This document shows, in pieces, positions 1-8,663 of a stretch of DNA of 64,000 nt (the stretch's first letter is position 1; each line of letters begins with the position of its first letter). Where the stretch lies: the NCBI GenBank assembly GCA_963755915.1, contig CAVWLP010000002.1, positions 1,344,001 through 1,408,000 on the forward strand, given 5' to 3'. The translations under genes and the position numbers were made by a program. The DNA comes from an uncultured Phycisphaerales bacterium (GTDB taxonomy: Bacteria; Planctomycetota; Phycisphaerae; Tepidisphaerales; Tepidisphaeraceae). Under the pieces are notes generated by a model, which saw only the letters and a program-made list of their open reading frames with translations, was not told the DNA's origin and did not search any database.

Positions 1-649
1 TGAACGCGGCGTGCGGGTGCTTCGTGTAAAAGTCGCCTTTAAGGCCGGCGTACCAGCCTCTTTCAAGGTTGCCCTGGATTTCGAATTCGCCCTTGGTGGT
101 CAGGCCGGGAACCTGGTCGACGCTGCGGTCGCCCCAGTAGGCGGAGTCGAAGTAGGGCCAGGTGCCGCTGAGGGAGAGGACGGCCAGGACGCGGCCGGGG
201 TTCCAGGCGGCGACGCCCCACCCCCAGCTTGCGGTCGCGGAGTGACCCGTGGGAACGAGCGGGGCATAGGCGATTTCCTGGTAGCCGGAAACGTCCGCGA
301 GATTCTTGAGGATTTTTTCGAGCAGCTCGCCGTCGCCCTGGTCGAAGCGGAAGCTGGCGGTGCCCATGGGCGGGGCCATCCAGACGATGGCGAAATTCAG
401 GTCGGAGCAAATCTTGCGGAACTGGTCGGATTCGAAAATCTGCTGCTCTTCCATGTTCTGATCGCCGACCACGACGGCGCGGACTTGCCGGCAATTATCA
501 GGGATCCACAGGAAAGCGCGGGGATAGTGCTTGCTTTCGCGCGAAGTGACGTCGTCGACGGAGACGGACCATTGATAGACTGCCGCGTGAGCGGGGCAAA
601 CCACGAAAACAAGTACCAATAAATGGATCGCAATTGAGGAGCAAACCAT
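1..649 (-). CDS. Secreted alpha/beta-hydrolase-like protein, partial (runs off the left edge)
   Basis: Read manually; not in the ORF track. MVCSSIAIHLLVLVFVVCPAHA-AVYQWSV (signal-peptide-like) ...RAFLWIPDNCRQVRAVVV... PLVPTGHSATAS (nucleophile-elbow-like). Alternative in-frame start at 673. Confidence 0.6.
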   Translation of the reverse strand, partial: MVCSSIAIHLLVLVFVVCPAHAAVYQWSVSVDDVTSRESKHYPRAFLWIPDNCRQVRAVVVGDQNMEEQQIFESDQFRKICSDLNFAIVWMAPPMGTASFRFDQGDGELLEKILKNLADVSGYQEIAYAPLVPTGHSATASWGWGVAAWNPGRVLAVLSLSGTWPYFDSAYWGDRSVDQVPGLTTKGEFEIQGNLERGWYAGLKGDFYTKHPHAAF

Positions 650-735
650 CCGCCCGTGCTTTGATTCTTCCATGCAATGAATCTTTCTTGGCGGAACGGG
701 CCGCGTCAACCTCGGCGTGCCAGGTCACTGATTTT

Positions 736-824
736 AACCGCGAATGACACGGATTTCGCGCAGAGGATGGCGGGTGATTGAATTTGTTTTAATCCGTGCC
801 CATCCGTGAAATCCGTGGTTGTTC
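736..824. repeat. Degenerate short-period palindromic intergenic repeat (ATCCGTG-type)
   Basis: aaccgcgaatgacacggatt ... aatccgtgcccatccgtgaaatccgtggtt; the arms are roughly complementary. Confidence 0.5.
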
Positions 825-874
825 AAATTTCTTCGCATTCCTTCGCGCCATCGAGGTAAAATCCCCATGCCCAG

Positions 875-1375
875 ATGCTCTACCACGTGAGCGAGGAACC
901 CGGCATCCCCCGCTTCGACCCGCGCCCGGCCGCCGGGCTCGATTACCCGATCGTCTGGGCGGTGCATGAAAACCGACTCAGGAATTACCTCCTTCCGCGC
1001 GATTGCCCGCGCGTCACCTTTTTCGCCGGCCTAAAAACTTCCCCGGACGACGCTGCACAGTTCCTCGGAACCGCCCCCTGCGTCGTCGCCATCGAATCCG
1101 CCTGGCTCGATCGCGTCCGGAACGCCCGCCTCTATTGCTACCGCCTGCCCGAGCAAACATTTTTCCAGGTCGACAAATGCGCCGGCTATTTTCACAGCCG
1201 CGAGCCGGTCATCCCCGCAGGCGTCGACGTCCTCAACGATCTCCTCGCCCAGATCGCCAAACGTGGCGCCGAGGTCCGTGTCCTGCCCTCTCTCTGGGAG
1301 CTGCACGACGCCGTCGCCGCCTCGACCCTGAGCTATTCCATGATCCGGATGAGGAACGCCGGACCGAGACAGTAG
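875..1375 (+). CDS. Conserved hypothetical protein (DUF6886-like)
   Basis: MLYHVSEEPGIPRFDPR...VWAV...NYLLPRDCPRV...YSMIRMRNA pattern. Confidence 0.65.
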   Translation: MLYHVSEEPGIPRFDPRPAAGLDYPIVWAVHENRLRNYLLPRDCPRVTFFAGLKTSPDDAAQFLGTAPCVVAIESAWLDRVRNARLYCYRLPEQTFFQVDKCAGYFHSREPVIPAGVDVLNDLLAQIAKRGAEVRVLPSLWELHDAVAASTLSYSMIRMRNAGPRQ

Positions 1376-1397
1376 AAGCGCAGGGCGATTGCATGTT

Positions 1398-1460
1398 CCC
1401 TCTTACCCCCTCGCCCGGTACGCGGGACGCAGTCCTCCGGGAGAGGGTTGGGGTGAGGGC
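1398..1460. repeat. REP-like palindromic repeat (CCCTCACCCCAACCCTCTCCC family)
   Basis: ccctcgcccggtacgcgggacgcagtcctccgggagagggttggggtgagggc; related copies at 3472, 11876, 17128, 24867 and 41855/43830. Confidence 0.7.
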
Positions 1461-1573
1461 AGTGAAAGAATTTCGGACCATATGCGATCGCCCTGAGTAG
1501 AAGCGGAGTCCCCCGCGATCCGTTTGCCGCTATCCCCAAATCCGGTTAAACTTCCCGCCCCAAACCGTATTCC

Positions 1574-1645
1574 GCCGAAGTAGCTCAACGGCAGAGCACC
1601 GCTTTCGTAAAGCGGGGGTTAAGGGTTCAAATCCCTTCTTCGGCT
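1574..1645 (+). tRNA. tRNA-Thr (anticodon CGT)
   Basis: Acceptor stem GCCGAAG/CTTCGGC, D arm TAGCTCAACGGCAGAGC, anticodon arm CCGCT-TTCGTAA-AGCGG, T loop GGTTCAAATCC; CCA not encoded. Confidence 0.95.
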
Positions 1646-1742
1646 TTGATGCAAACGATCGCTGTACATCGGCGGTCGGCAGCGCCGCCTTCGTCATTCG
1701 GTATTCGGATTTGATTCCGATTTCTGGTCTCGGATTTCAGAC

Positions 1743-2600
1743 TCAACCCGCGATCTCCAGCGCCGCCGGCAGATACGCCTCAATCCCCTTCGCCAACTGC
1801 TTGAACACCGGCACATTCTTTTCCATGTCCCGCGTCGCCGGCGTTCGATTGGCGTCGTAGAGCACGACGCGCCCGTCCACGATGCTGTAGTCGAACTTGC
1901 CGTAATCAAACCCCATCTCCCGCCGCATGTTCCGCAGCTCATCGGGAACCGGCGCGGGCTCAATCTTCACCGCCACAGCGGATTTGATGATCGGCTGCTT
2001 CGCGTACATGATCACGCTGTCGTCCGCGTCCCCCAGGAAGCACCACATTCGCATGCAGTAGAATTCCCCCTGCTTCTCGGGCAGAAACCGCTCCACGATC
2101 AGGTCGCGGTTGTGCCAGACCATCGTGGGAACTTCGCCCACGGTATCGAAGATCGGGTATTGCCAGGTATCGATCTCCGCCCGCATGCTCCACGGCAGGC
2201 GACGGCGAATCGCGCGGGTGTATTTGCTGAAGGCGGATTTCTGCTGCGCCATTTCACCCTCGCGCCCGCCGCCAAAATTGCAATTCGTCTTGACGATCAC
2301 GGGGCCTTCATAGCCGTCGCCGCGGGTCACGATATTTTTGCTGATCGCCCGCTTGGAAATATCCTTCACCGAGGCGTTGAGAGCGATCGGATAGCGCTTC
2401 ACGAAATCCAGATACTCATCGGGAATGACGGTTAGATCGACGTGCAGAATCGCCAGGTCGGCGTCAACGAACTTGTCCGGCCCCCGCAGGACAATCACTT
2501 CAATTCCCTCTTCCTTCCAGACTCTGCTCACCCCGTTGAGCATGTGCGTCATCTGGTCGAAGTAGTCGAGTTCATGGGTAACGATCGCGATCCGATGCAT
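1743..2600 (-). CDS. Hypothetical protein, ATP-grasp-like
   Basis: GPVIVKTNCNFGG, IVERFL and GKFDY...VLYDANRTP resemble ATP-grasp motifs; likely start MHRIAIV. Confidence 0.5.
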   Translation of the reverse strand: MHRIAIVTHELDYFDQMTHMLNGVSRVWKEEGIEVIVLRGPDKFVDADLAILHVDLTVIPDEYLDFVKRYPIALNASVKDISKRAISKNIVTRGDGYEGPVIVKTNCNFGGGREGEMAQQKSAFSKYTRAIRRRLPWSMRAEIDTWQYPIFDTVGEVPTMVWHNRDLIVERFLPEKQGEFYCMRMWCFLGDADDSVIMYAKQPIIKSAVAVKIEPAPVPDELRNMRREMGFDYGKFDYSIVDGRVVLYDANRTPATRDMEKNVPVFKQLAKGIEAYLPAALEIAG

Positions 2601-2701
2601 GGGCGGCGCCCTCCGCCCCATGCATCGGCTGACCTTAAGAGCGCCTGAATCTGCAAATCAGGGATCAGTTCGCGCATCGCGAAACTATCGGACCAAGACA
2701 A

Positions 2702-3438
2702 TCACCACTCAAGCGTCTCCAGATGCCGCTGAATGTCCCCCGCGCTGGAAAATCGCTCCAGGATCAATGAATCCTTCCCTCCGCGGATGATCTCCTTCAC
2801 CACCTTCGGCTGCCGCGCGTACGCCGCCCGTCCCCCCACCAGCACCAGGAAAACCTCCAGCAGGTTCAGCACATCCTTCTCGATCTTCGATCGGCTCGGC
2901 TTGCCCAGGTCGAAAAAATCCAGCAGCCTCACATCGAATCCGATCCCCTGCCGGCGGATCATGATGTTGTCGTCGTGAATGTCGCCGTGATATTCCCCCC
3001 GCTCGTGGATCGGCGCGATCCCCTTCGCCAGAACGTACAAAACATGCAACGCCTCAAATGCGCTGAGGCGATGCCCGGATTGCTGGTGCAAAAATTCGCT
3101 GAGCTTTTTCCCTTCGACGAGCTCGCTGATCACCACGATCACCTTCCGCCGGTGAACATAGGCCGTTTCCTGATGGTGATATTGCAGCAGAATCGGGCAG
3201 TGCCGCAGGGCGTCGAGCTTGCGGCATAGGCGATGGCCGCCTTGCCGGTTGGATCGCGATGCGGGTAATAAAACTTAGCCGCCCGGCGGATTCCCGTGCT
3301 TCGCTCGACGATCCTGTAAACTTCGCCCTCCCAGCCACTTCCGAGCATTTCCTCGATCTGGTATTTGCCGGCGATATACCGGCCCGAGGGAAAATCGAAT
3401 CGCTTGTTTTTACGGCTCCCGCGGTACATCCCCAACAT
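2702..3438 (-). CDS. Ser/Thr protein kinase-like protein (frameshift near 3220)
   Basis: LGSGWEGEVY...AAKFY in ORF 3139-3597; YHGDIHDDNIM and LLDFFDLG in ORF 2702-3142. Confidence 0.8.
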
Positions 3439-3471
3439 GATGCGGCCTGCCAAACACCCGGTCAATCGCGC

Positions 3472-3520
3472 CTCCTCACCCCCCGCCCCCGGTACTACGG
3501 GGGAGGGCAGGGGAGGGGGT
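3472..3520. repeat. REP-like palindromic repeat
   Basis: ctcctcaccccccgcccccggtactacgggggagggcaggggagggggt, with a GTAC-centred hairpin. Confidence 0.6.
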
Positions 3521-3627
3521 TCGGCCCTCCGAGCAATCGCCTCCAACTCGTTCCGATAGCTAGGCTTATTGGAATCGCAATACTTTCTAACCCGCAATAA
3601 GCCCCCTTCGGATACTATTTAAGTGGG

Positions 3628-4017
3628 ATGGAATTCCTGAAAAGCGTTACCGGTCGAATTGTCTCCGGAATGGTCGCCCTGGCGGTCATTGCCGCCGGGA
3701 TTTCATGGTGGCAGATGGACCCCTCCACCCGCCAGATGCTCGTCACCGGCACCGGGCACATCCTGGCCTGGTTTGGGGTCGTCCTTTTCGTCCCCTGGGC
3801 CGCTTTTGCCGTCATTGGTTGGGTCGCCCGCATGGAAAGTAACCTGGCAGGGGGGTTTCTCGTCGCCTTTTTCACGCTTGCCGAAACGACCCTCCTCGCC
3901 TGGCTCTTTCAATGGCACATTGCCACCCCGACCGCCTGGACATTCCTTCTATTCGGCGGGCTGGTTTCCGGCGTATATAATCTCCTCGTCTGCGACTGGA
4001 TCGCGGAGAAAGTGTAA
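3628..4017 (+). CDS. Small integral membrane protein (about 4 TM); first gene of the putative ESCRT-III-like operon
   Basis: Four hydrophobic stretches; stop is 2 nt before the kinase start. Confidence 0.75.
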   Translation: MEFLKSVTGRIVSGMVALAVIAAGISWWQMDPSTRQMLVTGTGHILAWFGVVLFVPWAAFAVIGWVARMESNLAGGFLVAFFTLAETTLLAWLFQWHIATPTAWTFLLFGGLVSGVYNLLVCDWIAEKV

Positions 4018-4019
4018 AC

Positions 4020-5063
4020 ATGCCCCAAGCTGGCCAACGTGTCGGTGAATATGTTCTGGACGCCAGGATCGGCGGCGGGACCTTCGGCGAGGTCTGGCGC
4101 GCACGCCATCACGTCTGGACCGACCAGCTCGTCGCCATCAAAATCCCCACCGATCCCCAGTACATCCGCAACCTCAAGGGCGAAGGCGTTGCCATCCACG
4201 GCCTCGTTCACCCCAACATCGTCCGCGCCATCGGGTTCGATCCCTATGCCGAGGTCCCCTACCTCACGATGGAATATGTCCCCGGCTCCAGCCTGCGGCC
4301 ACTGATCGAAAAGAAAACCCTCACCGTCCCCCAGGTCATCTGGATCATGCGGCAAGCGCTGGCGGGCCTGAAATACGCCCACGATCACAACGTCATTCAC
4401 CGCGACATCAAGCCGGAAAATATTCTCGTTCACGAACGCGCCCTCACCGACGGTTTCGATGTCGAAGGGGTCATCAAAATTACCGACTTCGGCCTGGGCA
4501 AAGCCGCCAACAGCACGATGGGATCGATCGCCTATTCGGCATCACTGAACACGCCCGCCGCCAAAGAAATCGCCGGCACGCTCGATTACATGGCCCCCGA
4601 GCAGCGCGGCGGCGCTGACCCGCAGGCAAAATCCGATCTCTACGCCTGCGGCGTCATCCTCTACGAAATGCTCACCGGCGAACGCCCCGCCGGCACCGAT
4701 GTGCCCAGCGATCTGAATCGCTCGGTCCCGAAATATCTCGACGACGTTTTCCGCCGCAGCTACGCCCGGCTCGACAAGCGTTACGCCTCGGCGGACGAAT
4801 TTCTCGCGGCGCTGCCACCGCCGCCAACCGCCTCGCGACCGACGCCGCCGCCGCTGCCCCGCGCGGCGATTCCCCTTCCATCCGCCCGCTGCCCACAGTG
4901 CCAGAAACCGGTCGATGCCACCGACCAGTTCTGCATGTACTGCGGCGTGCAGCTTGTCGCCCAGGTTCGCCGCTGCCCCAAGTGCGGCGCCTTCCCCGAT
5001 CAATCCGACCGCTACTGCATCTTCTGCGGCGAGGCGCTTTCACCCCAGCCGATTTCCGCATAA
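4020..5063 (+). CDS. Hanks-type Ser/Thr protein kinase with Pro-rich linker and C-terminal double zinc ribbon
   Basis: IGGGTFGEVW, VAIK, HRDIKPEN, DFG, GTLDYMAPE, DLYACG; CPQC..CMYC..CPKC..CIFC. Confidence 0.95.
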   Translation: MPQAGQRVGEYVLDARIGGGTFGEVWRARHHVWTDQLVAIKIPTDPQYIRNLKGEGVAIHGLVHPNIVRAIGFDPYAEVPYLTMEYVPGSSLRPLIEKKTLTVPQVIWIMRQALAGLKYAHDHNVIHRDIKPENILVHERALTDGFDVEGVIKITDFGLGKAANSTMGSIAYSASLNTPAAKEIAGTLDYMAPEQRGGADPQAKSDLYACGVILYEMLTGERPAGTDVPSDLNRSVPKYLDDVFRRSYARLDKRYASADEFLAALPPPPTASRPTPPPLPRAAIPLPSARCPQCQKPVDATDQFCMYCGVQLVAQVRRCPKCGAFPDQSDRYCIFCGEALSPQPISA

Positions 5064-5069
5064 ACCGTC

Positions 5070-5399
5070 ATGATTCATCTGGCCGTCAACCTCTTCCTCT
5101 TCGTGGTCTTCACCTTCGTGGCGCTGGGGCTGTTTATCACGGTTGTCATCACGCGCGTCATCCAGGGAATCTTTTACGCCTTCGGGCAACTCACGCGCGT
5201 CATTGGCCTCGGTCACCGCTATCAGATGCCGCCGGTCTTCACCAGGCGTTGTAGCCGGTTCCGCTGCGGCGCGAGAAACCCGATCGAAGCCAACTACTGC
5301 CGCCGCTGCGGCTCCCCGCTGCCGCGCGCGTATGCGCGTGCCCAGGCCGATCCGTCCGCCGCCCGCAGTAAATGGGTCTCTTCATCCGTCTCCTTATGA
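5070..5399 (+). CDS. Membrane-anchored zinc-ribbon protein
   Basis: Hydrophobic N-terminus followed by CSRFRCGARNPIEANYCRRCG. Confidence 0.8.
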   Translation: MIHLAVNLFLFVVFTFVALGLFITVVITRVIQGIFYAFGQLTRVIGLGHRYQMPPVFTRRCSRFRCGARNPIEANYCRRCGSPLPRAYARAQADPSAARSKWVSSSVSL

Positions 5400-6347
5400 G
5401 CACGTTTACTCCAACCGCGCAGACGCTCCATCCGCCGGACCGGCCCGACAATCTCTCCGCCGCCGTCCTGCACAGCCTGAGCCGGCCCATCGCCGGCCAT
5501 GTTTATTCCGGCGCAATCTCCGGCTTCATCTGCGCGGCGATCACGTTCGGCCTGCTGCCGCTGATCTCCTGGCCAAAAAAATTCAGCCGATTCGTCATCG
5601 CCGAGCAGCAGCAGTTCTGGCATTTCGTGGAATGGCTGCGGATCCGCACCGGCGACGAAGACGCCGCCAGGCTCCGCGATTCCGTCCGCCAGACCGGCGC
5701 GCCGCCCACTTTGTCGATCGTCCCCATCGCCATGCTCGTCATCGTCGCCTTCGTTTTTGTCCCCTTCGTGCAGGGCGGCGGATTGGCCCACGGCCACGCC
5801 TACTGGAATCACGGCGTTTGGATTGATAATTCGTTTCGGCCCGAGTTCCTGACCATCTATTCCAACCCCCTGCTTCACGTTTACAAAATCTGGGTCATTT
5901 GCCTTTGCATCGCCTACGCTTCGCATTGGCTCCACGTCCACCAGCACCTTTCAGAAGTCAACGCGTTCCTCCGCAATCTCAACCCTATCCTCATGCGCAA
6001 AATCTCCCCCCGATGCAGGGCTATGTGCTGGGCCTGGGCCTCTCGCCGCTTTGGATGATCGCCGGTCTGATTGGCCTTGCCTGCGGCGCATGGTGGGCCA
6101 TTCCCGCCGCGCTCGCCGGCGCGGTCCATCAACGCTACTGCAAGCGCACCAGCACCCGCCTGCGCGGCGAGCTCGCCTTGCGCGCAGCACGCTCCTCCAG
6201 CGCCAGCGCCCTCCGATCAACGTCCCAACGCCCGCCGGATTCCGCGTATTCTGCATCAACGAACTGTGCGGCAAATCGCTGCCGGTCTCGGCGACTTTCT
6301 GCCCGCGATGTGGAACGCGGTTGCCAAGGACCGATGCGGTGGCGTGA
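5396..6347 (+). CDS. Multi-pass membrane protein with C-terminal zinc ribbon (frameshifts near 6000 and 6185)
   Basis: Joined from ORFs 5372-6058, 5899-6360 and 6051-6347; several TM segments; ends CINELCGKSLPVSATFCPRCG; ATGA overlap with upstream stop. Confidence 0.7.
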
Positions 6348-6356
6348 ATTCACATC

Positions 6357-6452
6357 ATGAACGTCGTTTACGCTATCATCTCGATCACCGGCTGGGCCTG
6401 GTGCATCGTCGCGATGATCTTTCTATTTCTTAAACTTCGCCGAAACGCATGA
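6357..6452 (+). CDS. 31-aa single-TM micropeptide
   Basis: MNVVYAIISITGWAWCIVAMIFLFLKLRRNA*; its stop overlaps the next start (ATGA); below the ORF-track cutoff. Confidence 0.65.
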   Translation: MNVVYAIISITGWAWCIVAMIFLFLKLRRNA

Positions 6453-7286
6453 GCGATAGCTCCGATCCAACCCGCCACCAGCAGCTCGAGGCCCAGTTCC
6501 TCGCCCACGTCCAGCGTCTGCTGGCAGATGACCGTCTCCGCCTCCCCACCGCCGCGGGACGCAAATCGGTCGTCACCCTCCAGCGCGACATCCGCTTTTC
6601 CGATCGCGGCGTCGAGCTCAAACGCCTCATGCAGCAACTCGGAAAACCCGACCGCAAGCTCGAAGCCCAGATGCCCCTCGGTAAATCGATGGACATCGGC
6701 TTATCCCGCAAAAAATTCTGGATCTTCAAATCCGGCGTCGGCCGCGTCAGAGCAATCTGCTATTCCCCCTGGCAATCGCTGATCTCCGGCCAATCGCCGC
6801 AGCCGATGTCGGCGGCCGATCTTTCGCAAACCCTCTCCTCCACGCCCCCGCCCCTGCCGGGAATCCCCGTCACGCTGGCGATCATGTCCACCTCCGGCTT
6901 CACCCCCGAAGCCCGCAAGGCCGCGTCAGAAATTAAAGACCGCACAATTATCCTGGTTTCCCCCAACGACGCCGGCGGATGGTCGATCTCCGCCAACCCC
7001 GACGCCAAAGACATCGCTCCCCTCTTCGATCCCGAACTCGACCGCGAAAAACGCGCCCGAATCCGCTCCGAAATCGACGCCAACCGGGCCTCCCTGCTTT
7101 CTTCCGGCATTGCCGCCGATAAACTGGCGGCCAAGTTGCAACTTTCGCCCCAGCTCGTCGAATCTGAGTTAAAATCGTATGCTCGGGAAAGCCCCGGCCT
7201 GTCAGGTCAAACGCCTCGACGGCCGAACGGTCTTGTTCCGTGAAGGCTCCGCGCCACTGCCGGCTGACGCCGCTGGAGGTCTCCAT
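6449..7286 (+). CDS. Protein with restriction-endonuclease-like (Mrr-type) segment and winged helix; probably read through into the downstream ESCRT-III-like domain after a frameshift near 7200
   Basis: LAIMSTSGFTPEARKAA..RTIILVS resembles the Mrr_cat C-terminal half; ADKLAAKLQLSPQLVESELKSYA plus (shifted frame) VKRLDGRTVLFR fits an HTH with a beta wing. Confidence 0.55.
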
Positions 7287-7912
7287 ATGCCGTTCATCGA
7301 CAAAATGAAAACCCTCTTCGCCCGCAAAGGGGAGGTCGAAAAGAAAATCACCTTCCTCTCCGAGCGGCGAACCGCCCTCAGTCAGCAGCTCGACCGCGGC
7401 TACGAAGACATGGGCGTCATGGAAGCCCGCGAGGCCGAGCTTCGCCAGCAGTTCAAGGACGCCACCGGCGACCTGCCCCGCCGCCGCATCACCAGCCAGC
7501 TCCTCCAGCTTCGCAAAGACATCGAGCGCCGCCAGCAATTGCTCTCCGTCCTCAACCAGCAGATCAACGTCGTCAGCACGCATCTGCACAACCTCGAGCT
7601 TCAGCGCCAGGGCCAAAGCGCCAAGCTTCCCGACAGCGAAGAAATGGCCGCCGACGCCGCAGCCGCGGAAGAAGTCCTCGCCGAGCTCCAGGCCGGCAGC
7701 GAATTGGCCGAATCCGTCGGCGCGGGCGTTCACGGCGGAATGAGCGACGAAGAGCAGGCCCTCTACGAGGAACTGATGAACGATTCCAAAACCGCCGCCC
7801 CCGCGCCCGCGACGACAGATTCGACCCCGGCCGCGAAGGCGCTCCCGCGCCGCAAGCAGTTAAACCCCCGCCCATGCCCCAGCGACAGCGCAGCGAACCC
7901 GAGGCCGGCTGA
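7287..7912 (+). CDS. ESCRT-III/Snf7-like coiled-coil protein 1 (frameshift near 7835 in the Pro/Ala tail)
   Basis: Amphipathic MPFIDKMKTLFARK start, long heptad hairpin, acidic helix MSDEEQALYEEL; SD GGAGGT at 7275-7280. Confidence 0.6.
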
Positions 7913-7917
7913 TAATT

Positions 7918-8529
7918 ATGGCACTCATCGACAAAATCTTCGGCCACAAGAAAACCCTCAGCGAGCTCAATCGCCAGGAGCTCCGCAAGGAGGAAATCCT
8001 TCTGACCAAGCAGCGCGACCGCCTCTTCAAGCGCATCGAGCAGATCAGCACCAACAAGCAGAAAATCTTCCAGCAGGGCGCCACCCAGAAATCCCCCGAG
8101 CTGCGAAAATCCCTCGCCCAGCAGTTCGAGATGGAAACGCAGGAGCAGCTCATGGCCGCCCGCGAGCTGACCCTCCGCAGCAAGGAGCTGATGACGGTCA
8201 GCCGCCTGCGCATGGTCAAGGAAAACACCGAGCGCGGCAAAGGCGCCGGCCGATTGAATCTCACCGACAAAGACGTCGCCAAGATCACCCAGTGGATCGA
8301 AGACGATGCCGTCTCCCAGGACGTCTATCGCGACCGTCTCGACAGCTTATTGGAACTCGGCAACCAGTCTGATAAAGACGCCCTCGAATCCGCCGGCCTC
8401 ACCAGCGCCGGCCAGGAACTGATGAACATCTGGAACGACATGGACCGCGGCGCGGTGAAGCCGGAGCAGGCTTTCGACGCCGCCGACAAGGCCGTGCGGA
8501 AACACAACGCTCCCGACAAGGAAATGTGA
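7918..8529 (+). CDS. ESCRT-III/Snf7-like coiled-coil protein 2
   Basis: MALIDKIFGHKK start, basic coiled-coil N-half, acidic C-half, 203 aa. Confidence 0.6.
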   Translation: MALIDKIFGHKKTLSELNRQELRKEEILLTKQRDRLFKRIEQISTNKQKIFQQGATQKSPELRKSLAQQFEMETQEQLMAARELTLRSKELMTVSRLRMVKENTERGKGAGRLNLTDKDVAKITQWIEDDAVSQDVYRDRLDSLLELGNQSDKDALESAGLTSAGQELMNIWNDMDRGAVKPEQAFDAADKAVRKHNAPDKEM

Positions 8530-8554
8530 TGGAACTCCCAAAAAACAAAATCTA

Positions 8555-8640
8555 TTTCGCAGAGAGCGCAGAGATCGCAGAGGAAAACGCGGAAATCAGA
8601 CTTCGAATTTCCCTCCGCGCCCTGCGCCTCAGCGCGAAAC
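8555..8640. repeat. Nine-nt-period palindromic repeat (CGCAGAG-type)
   Basis: tttcgcagagagcgcagagatcgcagag ... ctccgcgccctgcgcctcagcgcgaaa. Confidence 0.55.
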
Positions 8641-8663
8641 CTCTTCTTTTAAGGTGCGACGCC

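Noticed and set aside
11-622. 203-aa plus-strand ORF
   Set aside because: Antisense shadow of the minus-strand hydrolase-like gene.
1574-1645. tRNA as the attachment site of an integrated island or prophage
   Set aside because: No integrase or phage genes, and no duplicated tRNA 3' end was seen in the window.
7179-8372. 397-aa ORF overlapping the next gene
   Set aside because: A frameshift near 7835 bypasses the natural TGA-TAA at 7910-7915; the extension is out-of-frame readthrough of 7918-8529.
8526-8663. 46-aa N-terminal extension of the third helical protein
   Set aside because: It is a translation of an intergenic palindromic repeat; the real start is likely MGLFK at 8664.
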